A stretch of 64,000 bases of DNA from Eledone cirrhosa. Lineage: Eukaryota. Both the position numbers and the translations under genes were made by a program. Each line of letters begins with the position of its first letter. Positions within the stretch are counted from its first letter, which is position 1. Location of the stretch: contig OZ024740.1 in the NCBI GenBank assembly GCA_964016885.1, positions 289,602,001 to 289,666,000 on the forward strand, written 5' to 3'. A model generated the notes under the pieces. It saw only the letters and a program-made list of their open reading frames with translations. It searched no databases and was not told the origin of the DNA. Shown here in pieces: positions 28,207 to 41,886 of this stretch.

Positions 28207-28719
28207 TGTGTGTGTGTGTGTGTGTGTGTCACTAAATCAGATACACTCTAAATATGCGTATGTGGCTGAAAGAGAAGAGTACTCAATACCGAAGTAGAGT
28301 TTAAATATTCTTTTTATTAAGGCTAATTAGTGAGCCATATTAATTTGGAGTTTCACCTGTTAATTATATGCATACAAACATATATAAGCATATATACACA
28401 CGCGTATAGAAATATATATACTGTATACATCTTAATCTCCTTACAGTCACACGTCCGCACGCATGTTTATATGCGCACATATAGTGTGTACTAGTGCGCG
28501 GAACAACTGATTCATATATATGAATACATAGTTATTTGTATTTATTCGCCATACGTACATAGATACATACATACATACATACATACATAATACATGCATA
28601 TACACATACATACATACACACACACATACATCTTTACATACATAGTTACACACATACATACCTGCACACACATGCATGAAGACATGCATACGTATCTATC
28701 TAGCTATCTATTTACACGA

Positions 28720-29210
28720 CTGTATGTAAAATCCCCGGCATGTCTTTGTATTATCCCCTTTTCTTGTGCGCCCTTGTGGCTAATAAAGAAATATATCTAT
28801 TTATCTAACAACTGATTCTTTTTTTCAAATACCACTTTGGAAGAAGAATCAGGATGGAGAGAGAGGTGCTGTACCCCAGCAAGTTTTATGAAAGGTGGGT
28901 GAAAGTGGCGAGAATGGCCCGAGTGAATGAGCCTTCTCTCTATATCAGCCTGTAGGTTGAGGAAAAGGAGGAGGAGAGGAAGGGAGTACAAACTCTTCGT
29001 ACTCCTGGAGATGAGGGTTGCACATTTTTTCGGGGGTATGTGTTACCCATATGAACTGTCTCCCCCTATTGGGGAAAATCGACTAATTTTTAAATTGCAT
29101 TTGTGATATTATTTTACACGTTTTTATTGTATGTAAACTTCCCCCTTTGTATTTGTCCCCTTCTTTTGTGCCCCTGTGGCTAATAAAGAAACATATCTAT
29201 TTATCTAACT
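28720..29210 (+). mobile_element. Two tandem 3' fragments of a Tx1-like element in (ATCT)n
   Basis: Both end ccc(t)tgtggctaataaagaaa followed by atatctatttatcta; 28850-28930 resembles the reverse complement of 31030-31140. Confidence 0.7.
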
Positions 29211-30748
29211 ATCGACCTCTCTGTCCACACACACGCGCACATACACACGCATATACATATACATACATACACACACAGATATATATATATATGTATAAAT
29301 ATATCTATTATATATATATATATGTGTGTGTTTGTTCATGAGATATGTAAACATTTTTAAATATTAAAATTAATTAGCGTTTCTTTAAGAAACTGATTTA
29401 AATATAGTAATTGATAGGTAATGCTGGTATGATCTTAAATAACCAGTAAAGCTTATGGGAATGTAAGATCATACAAACATAGGAAGATATAAACATAAAA
29501 ATATAAATATACTGAGGCCTCCCTACTCACATGTGCATGCACATGTGAGCCTACCCATACTCATTTTCCTATTCATATGCATATATAAACGCGCACACAT
29601 ACACACTTGAGTATATCTATAACTATACATATTTGAGAATATATTGTACGTATACTTAACATGCATATAAGTACACGAAAGATACACAGACCTAAGTATG
29701 TAGGCTTTTACAGACTCGCAAATACATTCTTCCATAATCCATATGTATACACATACGCGTTAACATATATGGTATTAGTCCACTCTACCGAACACTAATG
29801 ATTATTTTATTTTACTCAGTTGCATTTCACATTAGTGTGATAATGCATGTATGGTCCAGTAACTCCTGGGGGAAGCGTAGGAGCATCCTATTGATATATG
29901 GCATTTCTTAGGGTATTTATTAAATCTGGTGGAGCCCATTTCCTCTCCAGGTCTGAATACAGCAGATTTTCTCCAGTAGAGAATGGAAGTGAAAAAGAGA
30001 TATAGAGGAAGAATCAACCCAAGTACTAGACTGGTACTTTTTTTTATCGACCTCAAATGGCTGAAAAGCAAAGTTGACCTCAGCGAGTTTAGGACACAGA
30101 AAGTAGAGGGTCGAGACGACTACTCGAAGCATTCTATCCGATATTCTAACCACCTCTGCTAATTCGCCGCTTTCTAGTGTGATAATATTTCTGTTTTATT
30201 TCATAATAGAATTGTATATTTCAGTTAATACTAAACAGTGAATGAAACCAGTCTTCACTTCGTTGCTATATCTAGCCATATACAGTCAGTCATCCTGCAG
30301 TTCTCTCCACACTTTGATAAGTGACACTTTTAGCCGAAATGTTTGAGAATTAATAAATGTTTTCAAGAAAAATTTGAGTCTATCCTTTGTCTTATTTATA
30401 TCTAAGTTTACTCAACTGCACCACCGTGGCTCTCTAAATCACTGCTTCTTTTTATATAATCTCCAATTCTTCACAAACTACAGCAATCTTATACTACTAC
30501 TACTGCTACTACTACTACTACTACAAATAATAATAATAATAGTTTCTACTTTAGGCACAAGGCCAGCAATTACCCACTGCATTACTGGTACTTTATTTTA
30601 TCGGCCCCGTAAGAATGAAAGGCAAAATCAACCTCGGCGGATTTGAACTCAGATCGTAAAGGGACGTAACTATGCTGGAAAGCATGGCGTCCGACCCTCT
30701 ACCGATACTGCCAATCCACCGCCCTTACTACTACTACTAATAATAATG

Positions 30749-33700
30749 ATTTCATTGATTGGCCACAAGGGCCAACATATAGGGGACTACAAAAGACTAG
30801 GACAGTAGGGTTTTACAGAAAAATCGAGTAAACAATATGAATAACAATAACAAAGTAACAATAAAAATACAACAAGAAAAATTCCCCAATAGGGGGTATG
30901 ACCACCCATGGTTCGCTCAGGTACCCCACCAATCCTAAATGACCCGACGCTTCGAGAGCACCCTGGAAGGGCACCCCTCTCCTCCTCAAATTTACCCACC
31001 TACAGGCGCATGACCAGAGTAGGCTCACTCACATGGGCCATTCTCGCCATATTCACACACCTTTCAGCAAATGTACTAGGGGGGTGGGGGGGGGGGGGGC
31101 AGCACTTCTCTCTCCACTCTCACCTTCCTTTCTAAGTGAAACTTGAAAAAGTTGATGAGGGATTGGCCGAAGAGAACATCGTCTGTCTTCAGTCCTTTCA
31201 ACCTCGTCCACCATACAACCTCTTTCGCTACTGCCACCAGACAGAGGAAAATTTCCTGGAAGGCGGCGGGTCAATCTTCACTATGGACTCGGCCGATAGC
31301 CGGATCCGTTCTACACGCGACAACAGCTGTTCGACATAACTCCACAAGTCAGTAACGCACGGACACTGGACAAGTGCGTACAGAACGGTTTCGTCGCTCT
31401 GCGCGCATCTCGGGCAGGTCCGTCTGACAGCACTTCCGTACCTGTAGAGTTTATCTCGAACCGGTAGTTCCCCCCGGTAGCACTGCCAAGCGAGGGATTT
31501 TTGGAAATTATCCATCGTCCTCGGCTCGAAAGTCCTCCGGAACAGACTGGTTAGTTCGACTTCGTTGACTCCCAGAGCCTCTCCGAGTGCGGCATTTGCG
31601 CACTTGCCCACCACTAATCCTCTATAGAATTCGAGAGTGGAAGTTCCACTGACCACCTTTCCCGCCTGGTAGAGGGCAGTGAGTGCCTGGCAACATTGCA
31701 GATGCTAGTCACCCAGTCTCGGTCTCTTCTTGACCCATGACTGCAGCTCAGTCAAAGAAAAGAGCTGCGGAAAGGCCCGTCTGACAAACGGCGACCACAC
31801 CTGTTCACCGTTTAGGCAGAATATCTGGAGATGCCGCAGCCTCAGCGCGTGTCTGCGCATCATTAGCCACGGCATGCCCAGCCCTCCACGAAGAGGGTGC
31901 TGGCAGACGATGGACCGTCTCACCAGCGGAACCTGACCCCTCCACAAGAATTTGAAGAGGAGCCGCTCCAAGATGGCAAGGCGCGAACGGGGGCAAGGGA
32001 CAACGGTCAGACGGTAGTAGATGACGGACGCGATGTACGCGTTCGCCACCTCCGCCCGACCTTTCAGTGATAGCTTACTCCCAGCCCATTTCTGGGTGAG
32101 ACTGGCTACCCTGCCCGTCACCTCATCCCAATTCTTATCCACCTGTAGGTCTGGCCCGAAACAAACCCCGAGCAACTTTACCGGTCCGTCCGCCCAGCGC
32201 CTAACAACGCTGTTGGACGGCATGGACTTGCCTCTCCAGGTGCCGAGTTGCAAGCCCACCGCCTTTTCCAGGTTAAATTTTGCTCCCGTCAACCTTTCAT
32301 AATCCTCCAATAAGTTGCCGACCACCTTGATTTCTGAGGTGTCTGACACCATCACGGTGATGTCGTCCGCATAAGCCGACACAGCCTTTCCGCGTCCCGG
32401 TTCGAGCGGGATGCCCTGCAACAGCTCCAGCTTCCGCAGTAAAGGCTCGAGAGTCAATAAGTACAGAAGGGAGGAAAGAGGGCACCCTTGACGGACCGAT
32501 CGGCAGACCTGAAACGGTTCCGAGAGGTGGCCATTAATTCTGACCACCGAGCAGGTGACCTGTGCATTGCAGCGATCCAGCTTCTGAAGACGGGGCCGAA
32601 GCCAGCCGCCTTGAGGACAGCCTCCAGGTACCGATGGTCGACCCTGTCGAATGCTTTCGATTGATCTAAATTGATCAGAGGCCCACGGAAGCCACGTTTA
32701 CACCCTACCCTCTCTATGATGTATTGCATTAGGTGGAGTTTGTCAACCTTTCTATTTTTCTCTAACGCTACTTCTTTGCTAAATTCTATCGACATTACTC
32801 TAATCTCTCTTTTGAGAGCCCCCCACCATCTATTGTTGACGACTCCCCCTGTCAACTTTTTCTTAACTAAATTGTTGGCCTGGTCCCTGTAAGCTTACGT
32901 GCCGGAAATGATATGTTTAGCTTCCAGTAACCTGGTCCTAACCTACGCGTCTTATCTAGGTCGACCATACAGATCACAAACTTGTGATCTGAATAGGCGA
33001 CCGTTTTAAAACGTGGACAGCTTACACTATTTCTGTCTATTTTCCTAATGAATATCCTGTCTATATACGATCTAGATGACCCTATGCAGTTAGTCCAGGT
33101 CCACACTGGCGCATTAAGGAAATCTAGTCGGTACCTGTCAGACAGTTGGAACTGGCTGATCAGGTTCTTGAGGCTTTTGCACCCCCCGCTCCTATCGGAT
33201 ACTCCCACACAGTCCCAACGTGCGTCTAAGATGCCGTTCCAGTCCCCCGCTAACAGTAAAGGGCGAGACGTACCCAGAAAGGTTTCCAGGCGTCTAAAGA
33301 AGTCCGGCCGTCCTGCCCCCGTAGGGGCGTAGACGGCCACCAGTCTAAAGGCACCACCTTCGTTATTGTTCACGTCCAGGACCACCAGCTTCCCGCCTGG
33401 ATCCCGGAAGATCGACCTTACCTCGAGATCCAGGCCTTTTCCTAAACAGCACTGCCACTCCATCTCCCATTCCAGGCCGACTAACAGATGCAAAGATCTG
33501 ATAGTCGTCGAAAATGGGCGTTAGTGAGCGCGTGTTGGAAATTCTGGTCTCACTGACGGCAACTACATCCATTTCTAGAGACCTGAGGTCGTTGAGCAGG
33601 TGACCCTGCTTCCAGGACGATCCCAGGCCTCGAACATTTAAACTTCTTACTCTTAATACGGCCATGTTGGCAGGCTAAAAGAGAGAGGAAAGGTTTACTT

Positions 33701-34230
33701 AACTTCCGGACTCTTGTGAAGGTCGGGTTGTTCGACCTCCATAGTTGGTGGGATTTCCTTTGGGAACCCCTTTAAAAGTCTTGAAGTGGGATTTACGTTC
33801 GGGGTTCCCACGTCTCGAGGAAAGCTGTCTCGTATCTCTTTGTATAAATTGAGCGACATTCGCACCAGAAACAAATCTTCCGGCACGCGAAATGTGCTCG
33901 ATTTAAAAATTCCCCCCTCTTTTTGTATTTCTTCACTTCGTGCTACGAGGGCCATCAGTTCCTTGTTGGCCCTCCTGACGAGCACGAAGTTTTGTATGTT
34001 TTGTTGGTGTGATTTTATTTGTTTGCGTGGCTGTTGTGGGGATGGTTTTGATGGTGTTGTTTCGGTTGTGTCTGTGTTTGTTGTGAGTGCGGTGTCTGTG
34101 GTTTCAGATGTTTGTGTGTGTATTTGTTCTTGCGTCTGTTTAGGTTGTTTGCGTTTGGGAGATTCTGGTGGTGATGGTGGTGTTGATGTTGATGTTGTTG
34201 GGAAGATGTTTGCATGGGTGGTGTCTGCAT
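30749..34230 (-). mobile_element. Tx1/L1-clade non-LTR retrotransposon, decayed
   Basis: ORF1 end (33695-33985); APE endonuclease SLNVRGL..SET..VYAP..GDWN..IDRIF..SDH; RT LDQSKAFDRVDH, RQGCPLS, AYADD; zinc-finger CPRC..ETV; internal deletions. Confidence 0.92.
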
Positions 34231-34240
34231 TTTTTTTTTA

Positions 34241-34620
34241 TCAGATATTGTATTAATTGAGAAAGAAAGCCAACAGTGTTGGATCATAGATATTGCCTGT
34301 CCAGCTGATAACAAGTTATGTGATAAAGAAGGAAAAATATTGATAAATATGACAAGTTAGCTTGAGAGGTTAAGCAGTTGTGGTCACTGAAAAAGGTGGT
34401 AGTAATACCAATAATAGTTGGAGTGTTGAGAAGTACATTAAACAAATAGGGATTGAACACTTACAAAAAACAGCATTGCTTGGAGCAGCTCGAATACTCC
34501 GGATGGAACTCGAAAAATAAAGAGTATTACTTCAGTTCACTGGTAGTGAACAGCTAACACTGTAATACATATTCAGCGTTAGAACCTGAGCGAAGAAACA
34601 CAATAGTGATAATAATAATT
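34241..34620 (+). pseudogene. 3' fragment of an RLE non-LTR element ending in (AAT)n
   Basis: DIVLIEKESQQCWIIDIACPAD...KYDKLA*EVKQLW..VIPIIVG. Confidence 0.75.
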
Positions 34621-35014
34621 GTTTCTACTTTTGGCACAATACCAGCAAATTATCCAGTGCATTACTGGTACTTTAATAATAATAATTGTTTCTACTCTTG
34701 GCACAAGGCTAGCAATTACTCAGTGCATTACTGGTACTTTATTTTATCGACCCCGTAAGGATGAAAGACAAAGTTAACCTCGGCAGGATTTGAACTCAGA
34801 TCAGAAAGGGGCGTAACTCTGTGCTACAAAGCATATTGTCCGACCCTCTACCGATACTGCAAAACCACCACTTTAATAATAATAATGACACTAACAGTGA
34901 ATGAATACTCGTCACTATTGACGATGAGTATTCTAGTTGTTAGATAAATTGAATTACTCAGAATATATCACAGACATTAACGACAGAATCATCGTGACTT
35001 TCTGTGAGACAAGT

Positions 35015-35812
35015 TTAACCGTTGAAATTACAGGTACAATCCCCGCGATGTGTTTTCGCATAGTTACATCTAATATTTTTAAACCAGTTAATTACCTGGG
35101 AGGTGTTTTCCCAGAGTGGTAAAATAACGTGTTTTCTTATTTGTGGGATGACTCTATCCAAAATTTTTTTGCTAATTATTCCAATATCTGATTTGGAGGG
35201 ACATATAAGTCTTATAGAAGGATTTGAGTTAAAGTTTGATTTATGATCCTTCAGGTTGAAGTGTGGTCTTTTCAATGCCAAAGGTTCAGTTCTATCTTCA
35301 ATGTTTAGTTTTTTTACTATGTTGTGTGTTTTGTTGTTGATGTTGGTGAGTGACGCATTATTAGATTTTTTATAATTTTTCCTGAGTTCTTTATATATGA
35401 ACTCATTATAATGTTCAATATCCATGTGATACAAGTTACCAGTTTTGTCCGAGTGGACATGGATTTTTTTAGACTTTTTTAGGTCCAATAGGGTAGAATC
35501 AAGGTCCTTTTGAAAGACGGATTTATACTTTTTAAATTTGAGGTGTTTAATTAAATTAAAAAGGTCTTTCTCAAAGTCTTCAAGTAAAGAGTTGTGTGGT
35601 GGATTCTTGTAAGTATTGAAATCATACATATATTTCCGATCTGCATGTTTAGATTTTTTATCGAAGTGGTAGGCCCTCCATCTAACCCTTCTGATAAAAT
35701 TATTAGTTTTTTGAATCATAAGGAGTAAGAAGTCATCCTTAGAAGGTATTGGTATGTTCTTTAAAGAGGTTCCCAAATATTGTTTTTCCATTGTGATATG
35801 GATGGTGGACAA
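35015..35812 (-). CDS. N-terminal part of the PLE family A ORF (homology ends at 35064)
   Basis: SLKNIPIP..RRVRWRA..HSDKTGNLY; overlaps the start of ORF 39802-41886 almost identically. Confidence 0.88.
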   Translation of the reverse strand: MSTIHITMEKQYLGTSLKNIPIPSKDDFLLLMIQKTNNFIRRVRWRAYHFDKKSKHADRKYMYDFNTYKNPPHNSLLEDFEKDLFNLIKHLKFKKYKSVFQKDLDSTLLDLKKSKKIHVHSDKTGNLYHMDIEHYNEFIYKELRKNYKKSNNASLTNINNKTHNIVKKLNIEDRTEPLALKRPHFNLKDHKSNFNSNPSIRLICPSKSDIGIISKKILDRVIPQIRKHVILPLWENTSQVINWFKNIRCNYAKTHRGDCTCNFNG

Positions 35813-36142
35813 TTGAAAGAGCTCAACTAAATGTATATGGGTTTACAAAATCATACATATATATGTATATACATAAATATAAAATTAATACACACATACA
35901 GTACAAAAATACGAATATTTCCGTGAAAAATAGGAGCAAAATTATGTAGATAAATCTACCAAGAGTTTACGGTAGTGTCCAATCCGTATGGAGAACTCAA
36001 TGTAGTCCGGATATCATGGAAAGAAGAGATGCAATGAAAAATCACTTTCGGTGAAAGATAAACGGAATACAGAGTCAAGATAAAATATTAAAAAAATAAT
36101 GAATAAAACAATGAAACAGTTCCTTATATTAAACAAAAAAAG

Positions 36143-36297
36143 TTCATTATTTAACGATCGTTTCTAGGATATATATGTGTTAGAATTGGCATGCATATTC
36201 AACAGATCTATGTACAAAATTATACAAAATTATACAAACTATCAAGATTAAATATACATACCAAACACACATATATGCCGTCTTCAGAAATAATGAA
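36143..36297 (-). ncRNA. Type I hammerhead with 116-nt stem II (PLE A pLTR)
   Basis: Reverse complement of 42641-42795; on the coding strand, upstream of the ORF. Confidence 0.85.
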
Positions 36298-36899
36298 ATA
36301 TATTTATTGATAATAACAACAATTCAAAATTTCAGGTCCGTTTGGGAACGGAGTTCAAATTGACCAATGAAAATACAAAAAATTTTATGCAGTTTGGTGT
36401 GTGTATATACATGTAATTAACTTCATACACATATTTATACAAAGATATATGCTCATATGCATACGCATGCCAAAAAGATGTATGCAAATACAAAAATTCA
36501 AGGCTAATGTCTCTGTAAGTTTATAATCCACAGATAAAATGCGTATAGACACATAAATATGAAATAAAAGTATACACATATTCACATACTCACACATATC
36601 CGTACACTTACACACACACGCGCGCATATGCATAAACATACACACAACCACGAACATACACACACACACATACCCCCACACACATATATATGTGGATATA
36701 GTATTATCATAAGCATATGGATATTAATGCACGCTCATATACACTGCAACACACATTTAGATCAAGATACAGAAATTAGGTGGGAGGGGGGGAGAGGTCA
36801 GTATTCAACGGTTTCGGCAGACTGCTTATTTATAGATGTATCTATAAACTTAGATATAAAAAGAAAAGAAAAGAAAAAGAAAAAAGAAAAAAGAAATAT

Positions 36900-37157
36900 A
36901 TCAAGAAAATATATATATATATATATACATCTACACATACAACACACACACACACACATATATAAACATATACATATATATATACACACATACACACATA
37001 CATATATATATATACACACATATATACACATATATACACACACACATATATACACACACATATATATATATACACGCACATATACATACACATACATACT
37101 CATATACATACAGACATACACATACATACATATATATACACACATATATACATACAT

Positions 37158-37188
<31 letters not shown>

Positions 37189-37406
37189 TACATACACACA
37201 CATACATACTCATACATAGACATAGATATATATTCTCACACACATACGCACTTACATATACGCATATATACAAATACATACGCATCCATATATCCGTATA
37301 TACATACAAACACCACTACACTCTCACACAACTCAGACATACAAAGAAAAAGGTATATACATATACACATATACACACATAAATAGAGATACATATACAC
37401 ATACAC

Positions 37407-37471
<65 letters not shown>

Positions 37472-37627
37472 TATATATATACATATATGTACACACACAT
37501 ACACATACATACATACACACATACACACATACATATATAGTCACACACACACACACACCTACACATACATACACATACACATATATAAAGATATATATAC
37601 ACACACATACACACACACACATATATA

Positions 37628-37664
<37 letters not shown>

Positions 37665-37980
37665 TATATACATATACATACACATATACATACATACATA
37701 CACATACATACATACATATACACACATATATATACACACATACACATATACATACATACACACACACATACATACACACACATACATACTCATACATAGA
37801 CATAGATATATATTCACACACACATACGCACTTACATACACGCATATATACAAATACATAGGCATCCATATATGCGTATATACATACAAACACCACTACA
37901 CTCTCACACAACTCAGACATACAAAGAAAAAGGTATATACATATACATATATACACACATAAATAGAGATACATATACAC

Positions 37981-38017
<37 letters not shown>

Positions 38018-38485
38018 CCTACACACACATACAACCATAAACACACATACAAACACATACATACACACATATATACATATATATACACACACACAAAAAC
38101 ACACATACACACATATATCTACATATATATATATACATACACACCTTCACATATATATATATACACATAAGTTATATTATAATAATAAATAATATATACA
38201 TATACACATACAAATATATATACATACATAGACATACACATATATATACACACACACACACACTCACATATATATGTGCGCACACGTAGACATATACACA
38301 TACACACATATACACATAAACATATACATGTGCATACATGTACATACACACATATATCCACATAGATACGAAGATACACATATATATAGAGAGACATACA
38401 TATACATACACATATATACACACACATACATACACACATATATATACACACACACATACACGCCCACACACACATACATATATAC

Positions 38486-38528
<43 letters not shown>

Positions 38529-38536
38529 TATATACA

Positions 38537-38598
<62 letters not shown>

Positions 38599-38600
38599 AC
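36900..38600. repeat. (AT/AC)n low-complexity tract in the PLE A 3' UTR with an internal duplication
   Basis: 37201-37400 is repeated at 37781-37980 (offset 580). Confidence 0.9.
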
Positions 38601-39801
38601 CATACATCCTTATTTGCATGGGCATATATGTATTTTTATACTCAGATATAAAGATCCAAACATATATACACCTACCTACATATATATTCATACATACACG
38701 CTTACAAATACAGATAATAATAGTATGGGGGAAAGGGGGGGTGGAGAAGGGGATTATAGTGAATATATGTTTCAAGAAACATAGAATATTAATCTGTATT
38801 TGGATCTCAATATATGTTTTTACATAGTTTCAGTGTCATGAAATGCAAGAAATAAGGCAAAATTATGCATTTCAATATAAGTATACCATTAATTATAGGT
38901 TAACTAAACTAAAGATAGTTAACATATTGATTTCTAAGGTGTAAATTAGTTATGTTTATAATATTTGAAGCAGAATTTTGAAGTTAAATAGTAGTAGAGT
39001 ATTAATTATAGTATAACTAAATTAAAATTATTAACGTTATGGTATCAATATTAGGAAATGAATTTAGTAATAGGGAAAAAACAAATAAAGTATTACATCG
39101 GTAGTAGAATATAAATTATAGGTTAACTAAATTAAAAATTATATATTAATTTCTATAGTATATGTTAATTAGGTATATAATAAATAAAACAGATATTGTA
39201 TTTTATCAATAGCAGAATATAATTATATGCAAACAGAAATCAAAATTAATACATATACATATACATATATATACATATATATATATACACATATATATAC
39301 ACATACATACACATACATATACATACATACATATACATATTTTTTCAAAAATTGCAAAGAATATATTAACTAGGTATACATCCAAAACACATCCCATTCT
39401 ATGATTACATGACACTCTGCAATCCGTCTGTATTAGGATACTAATTTTAAGCCAATTAAATTAAATTTTTAGGTTGACTAAATTTAAAACCAAATTATAA
39501 ATATATTTCTAAAATGTATATTAATTAGGTCTATAATACTAAAGATTATTTCTCTGTCATTGAATACACGATATTTTGTTATATTTTATCTGTAAAGGAA
39601 TTTTAATAAAGGGTTAAATAAATTAAAATTAATCTATAAATTAAATTACTAAGTATATATTAGTAATATTTAAAGGTTTTTCACAATTTATGATTACACA
39701 ATATTTTATATTCTCATCTGTAGTAGAATTTTAATTAAATTAAGTTTATAGGTTAACTAACATTTAAATTAAATTATATATTAATTTCTAAAATAATGTT
39801 A

Positions 39802-41886
39802 TTAATTAGGTTTATAATATTTAAATGTTTTTTTTAGTTTATGATTACACGATATAATTAATTCCTGTCGTTTATTTAATAGGATATCCTTAGATTTCAT
39901 TATTTCAAATAGTTCTTGGGAACATAATCTACATTCATTTCTATTATTTTGATAAGGGGTGGCTCTTTTGAGCACACTCCAGGTCAAATCATATTCTATA
40001 TTCTTATTTTTATAACTATTGATTTTTTCTGCTAGAGAAGTTGTATTAGCCAGTGCGGCATTTTTAAAACTATGCTTGTGGGTATTAAACCTTGTCTTAA
40101 AATTGTTAGAAGTAGCTCCTATATATGAGCAAATAGAATCTTTAGTTTTAACATTACATTTATAGACTATGTTGTTAACAAGACAATTCCCTTTTAATGG
40201 GCAGTTTGCTTTGTTTCTACAGTTACAACCTTTCGTTAATTCTGTATTTGAGGAGATATTATGGTTAGTTTGATGTATTGGTGGTATACTTATGGTTTTC
40301 TTACATTTATATGCATTATAGGCACTTATATTTTGTTTTATGTTATTTGTTGTTGAGTATGAGAATTTAACTGTAGACCTATTTAAGATTTGATGGTATT
40401 TGTGGTTTGGCGGGAAGTTTTTCTCTAGGATATAAAAAAATTTTTTAGCAATATTATCCTTAATTTGTAAATTAAATGGAGCATTATACCAAGTAACCCG
40501 TCTATTACGGTTTCTATGTTGTTTATTATTTTTATTATTTTTATAGGTTGTATCGTGATGTTTACTAGGAGGATTAATGTTAATGATCTCACCACAACCA
40601 TTTTTAGTTATATTTGTAGATTTAGGTGTTTTATCTTTTTTATTAGGAGTTTTATTATTAATATTTATTAGAGTTGTATGATGAGTAGTTTTTTGAGAGT
40701 TACTATATTTTATATTAGAAGATTTGGTATTTTGGGGTATAGTGTGGGTGGCATTTAGGTGTGTACTTTTCATTTGGTGTTTGTTGGTAATATTAGGTTG
40801 TATGTTTTTAGTATTTTTAGTAGAAGGTATATATTCTAATCTATTTTTGTGGCCACTTCTATCTAGAGCTTCGTTATAGAAGGTCGCATTTTTATCAAAT
40901 ACATCTTGGTTAGAAGAAAGGTTAGAAATTCTAAGTGATATATTATATGCAAGGTTTTTAAGGATAGATTTAGAGTGATTAGATTGTGAATGTATGTAAT
41001 GTAAGTTTTGGTTTGGTTTATGGTAAGGTTGGTAGATACCCGTAGCTAAATCTAAAGTTATATCTAGGAAATTTACTACTTTACTTGTTTTTTCAAAAGT
41101 AATATGAAGATTATAATAGTCTTTAAGGAAAGTTCTAATATGTTTTTTGTTTTTTTCTATTTCTGAAAGGCTAAGGTTGTTAGAAAGAAGAAGACAGTCA
41201 TCACGATATAAACCACCTTTAAGGTGGGGAAAGGAGGCATTTATGTTGAAAAGGAGAAAGAGGCCCACAAGATCAGTAATTTGGGCGGAATCGCTTGAAC
41301 CCATAGTAATATCAAATAGATTACTATATGTGTTTCTGGTCCAGTATTCATTCTGAAATTCAATAAGTGTTAGTCTAGCATGTGTAATAATATTAATGTC
41401 ATCCAAAGTTAAGTTAGATCTATTTTTAGCAAATATCAATGCTTTGTTCAGGAGTATAGGTGATATAGAAGAATAGTAATTATCTATATCAAATTGTAGA
41501 AATGAAGCAGAAGATTTACATCTAATATTTTTAAACCAGTTAATTACCTGGGAGGTGTTTTCCCAGAGTGGTAAAATAACGTGTTTTCTTATTTGTGGGA
41601 TGACTCTATCCAAAATTTTTTTGCTAATTATTCCAATATCTGATTTGGAGGGACATATAAGTCTTATAGAAGGATTTGAGTTAAAGTTTGATTTATGATC
41701 CTCCAGGTTGAAGTGTGGTCTTTTCAATGCCAAAGGTTCAGTTCTATCTTCAATGTTTAGTTTTTTTACTATGTTGTGTGTTTTGTTGTTGATGTTGGTG
41801 AGTGACGCATTATTAGATTTTTTATAATTTTTCCTGAGTTCTTTATATATGAACTCATTATAATGTTCAATATCCATGTGATACAA
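39802..41886 (-). CDS. PLE reverse transcriptase plus GIY-YIG endonuclease (5'-truncated, uninterrupted 694 aa)
   Basis: QFDIDNYY, TMGSSDSA, LYRDD, VNFLD; CNCRNKANCPLKGNC linker; IVY..YIG..FKTRFNTH; CRLCSQE..LLNKRQE. Confidence 0.95.
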   Translation of the reverse strand: MYHMDIEHYNEFIYKELRKNYKKSNNASLTNINNKTHNIVKKLNIEDRTEPLALKRPHFNLEDHKSNFNSNPSIRLICPSKSDIGIISKKILDRVIPQIRKHVILPLWENTSQVINWFKNIRCKSSASFLQFDIDNYYSSISPILLNKALIFAKNRSNLTLDDINIITHARLTLIEFQNEYWTRNTYSNLFDITMGSSDSAQITDLVGLFLLFNINASFPHLKGGLYRDDCLLLSNNLSLSEIEKNKKHIRTFLKDYYNLHITFEKTSKVVNFLDITLDLATGIYQPYHKPNQNLHYIHSQSNHSKSILKNLAYNISLRISNLSSNQDVFDKNATFYNEALDRSGHKNRLEYIPSTKNTKNIQPNITNKHQMKSTHLNATHTIPQNTKSSNIKYSNSQKTTHHTTLININNKTPNKKDKTPKSTNITKNGCGEIININPPSKHHDTTYKNNKNNKQHRNRNRRVTWYNAPFNLQIKDNIAKKFFYILEKNFPPNHKYHQILNRSTVKFSYSTTNNIKQNISAYNAYKCKKTISIPPIHQTNHNISSNTELTKGCNCRNKANCPLKGNCLVNNIVYKCNVKTKDSICSYIGATSNNFKTRFNTHKHSFKNAALANTTSLAEKINSYKNKNIEYDLTWSVLKRATPYQNNRNECRLCSQELFEIMKSKDILLNKRQELIISCNHKLKKTFKYYKPN

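Noticed and set aside
33786-34314. Independent ORFs 33786-34256 (+) and 34015-34314 (-)
   Set aside because: Antisense or frameshifted parts of Tx1 ORF1 and the adjacent RLE fragment.
35828-35960. Possible retained intron in the PLE A 5' UTR (GTAGAT...TTTAG on minus)
   Set aside because: Weak donor; cannot be supported without transcripts.
36628-38827. Many YI/HT/CV-rich ORFs (also at 12, 18, 47-49 and 54 kb)
   Set aside because: Translations of (AT)n, (AC)n and (ATGT)n repeats.
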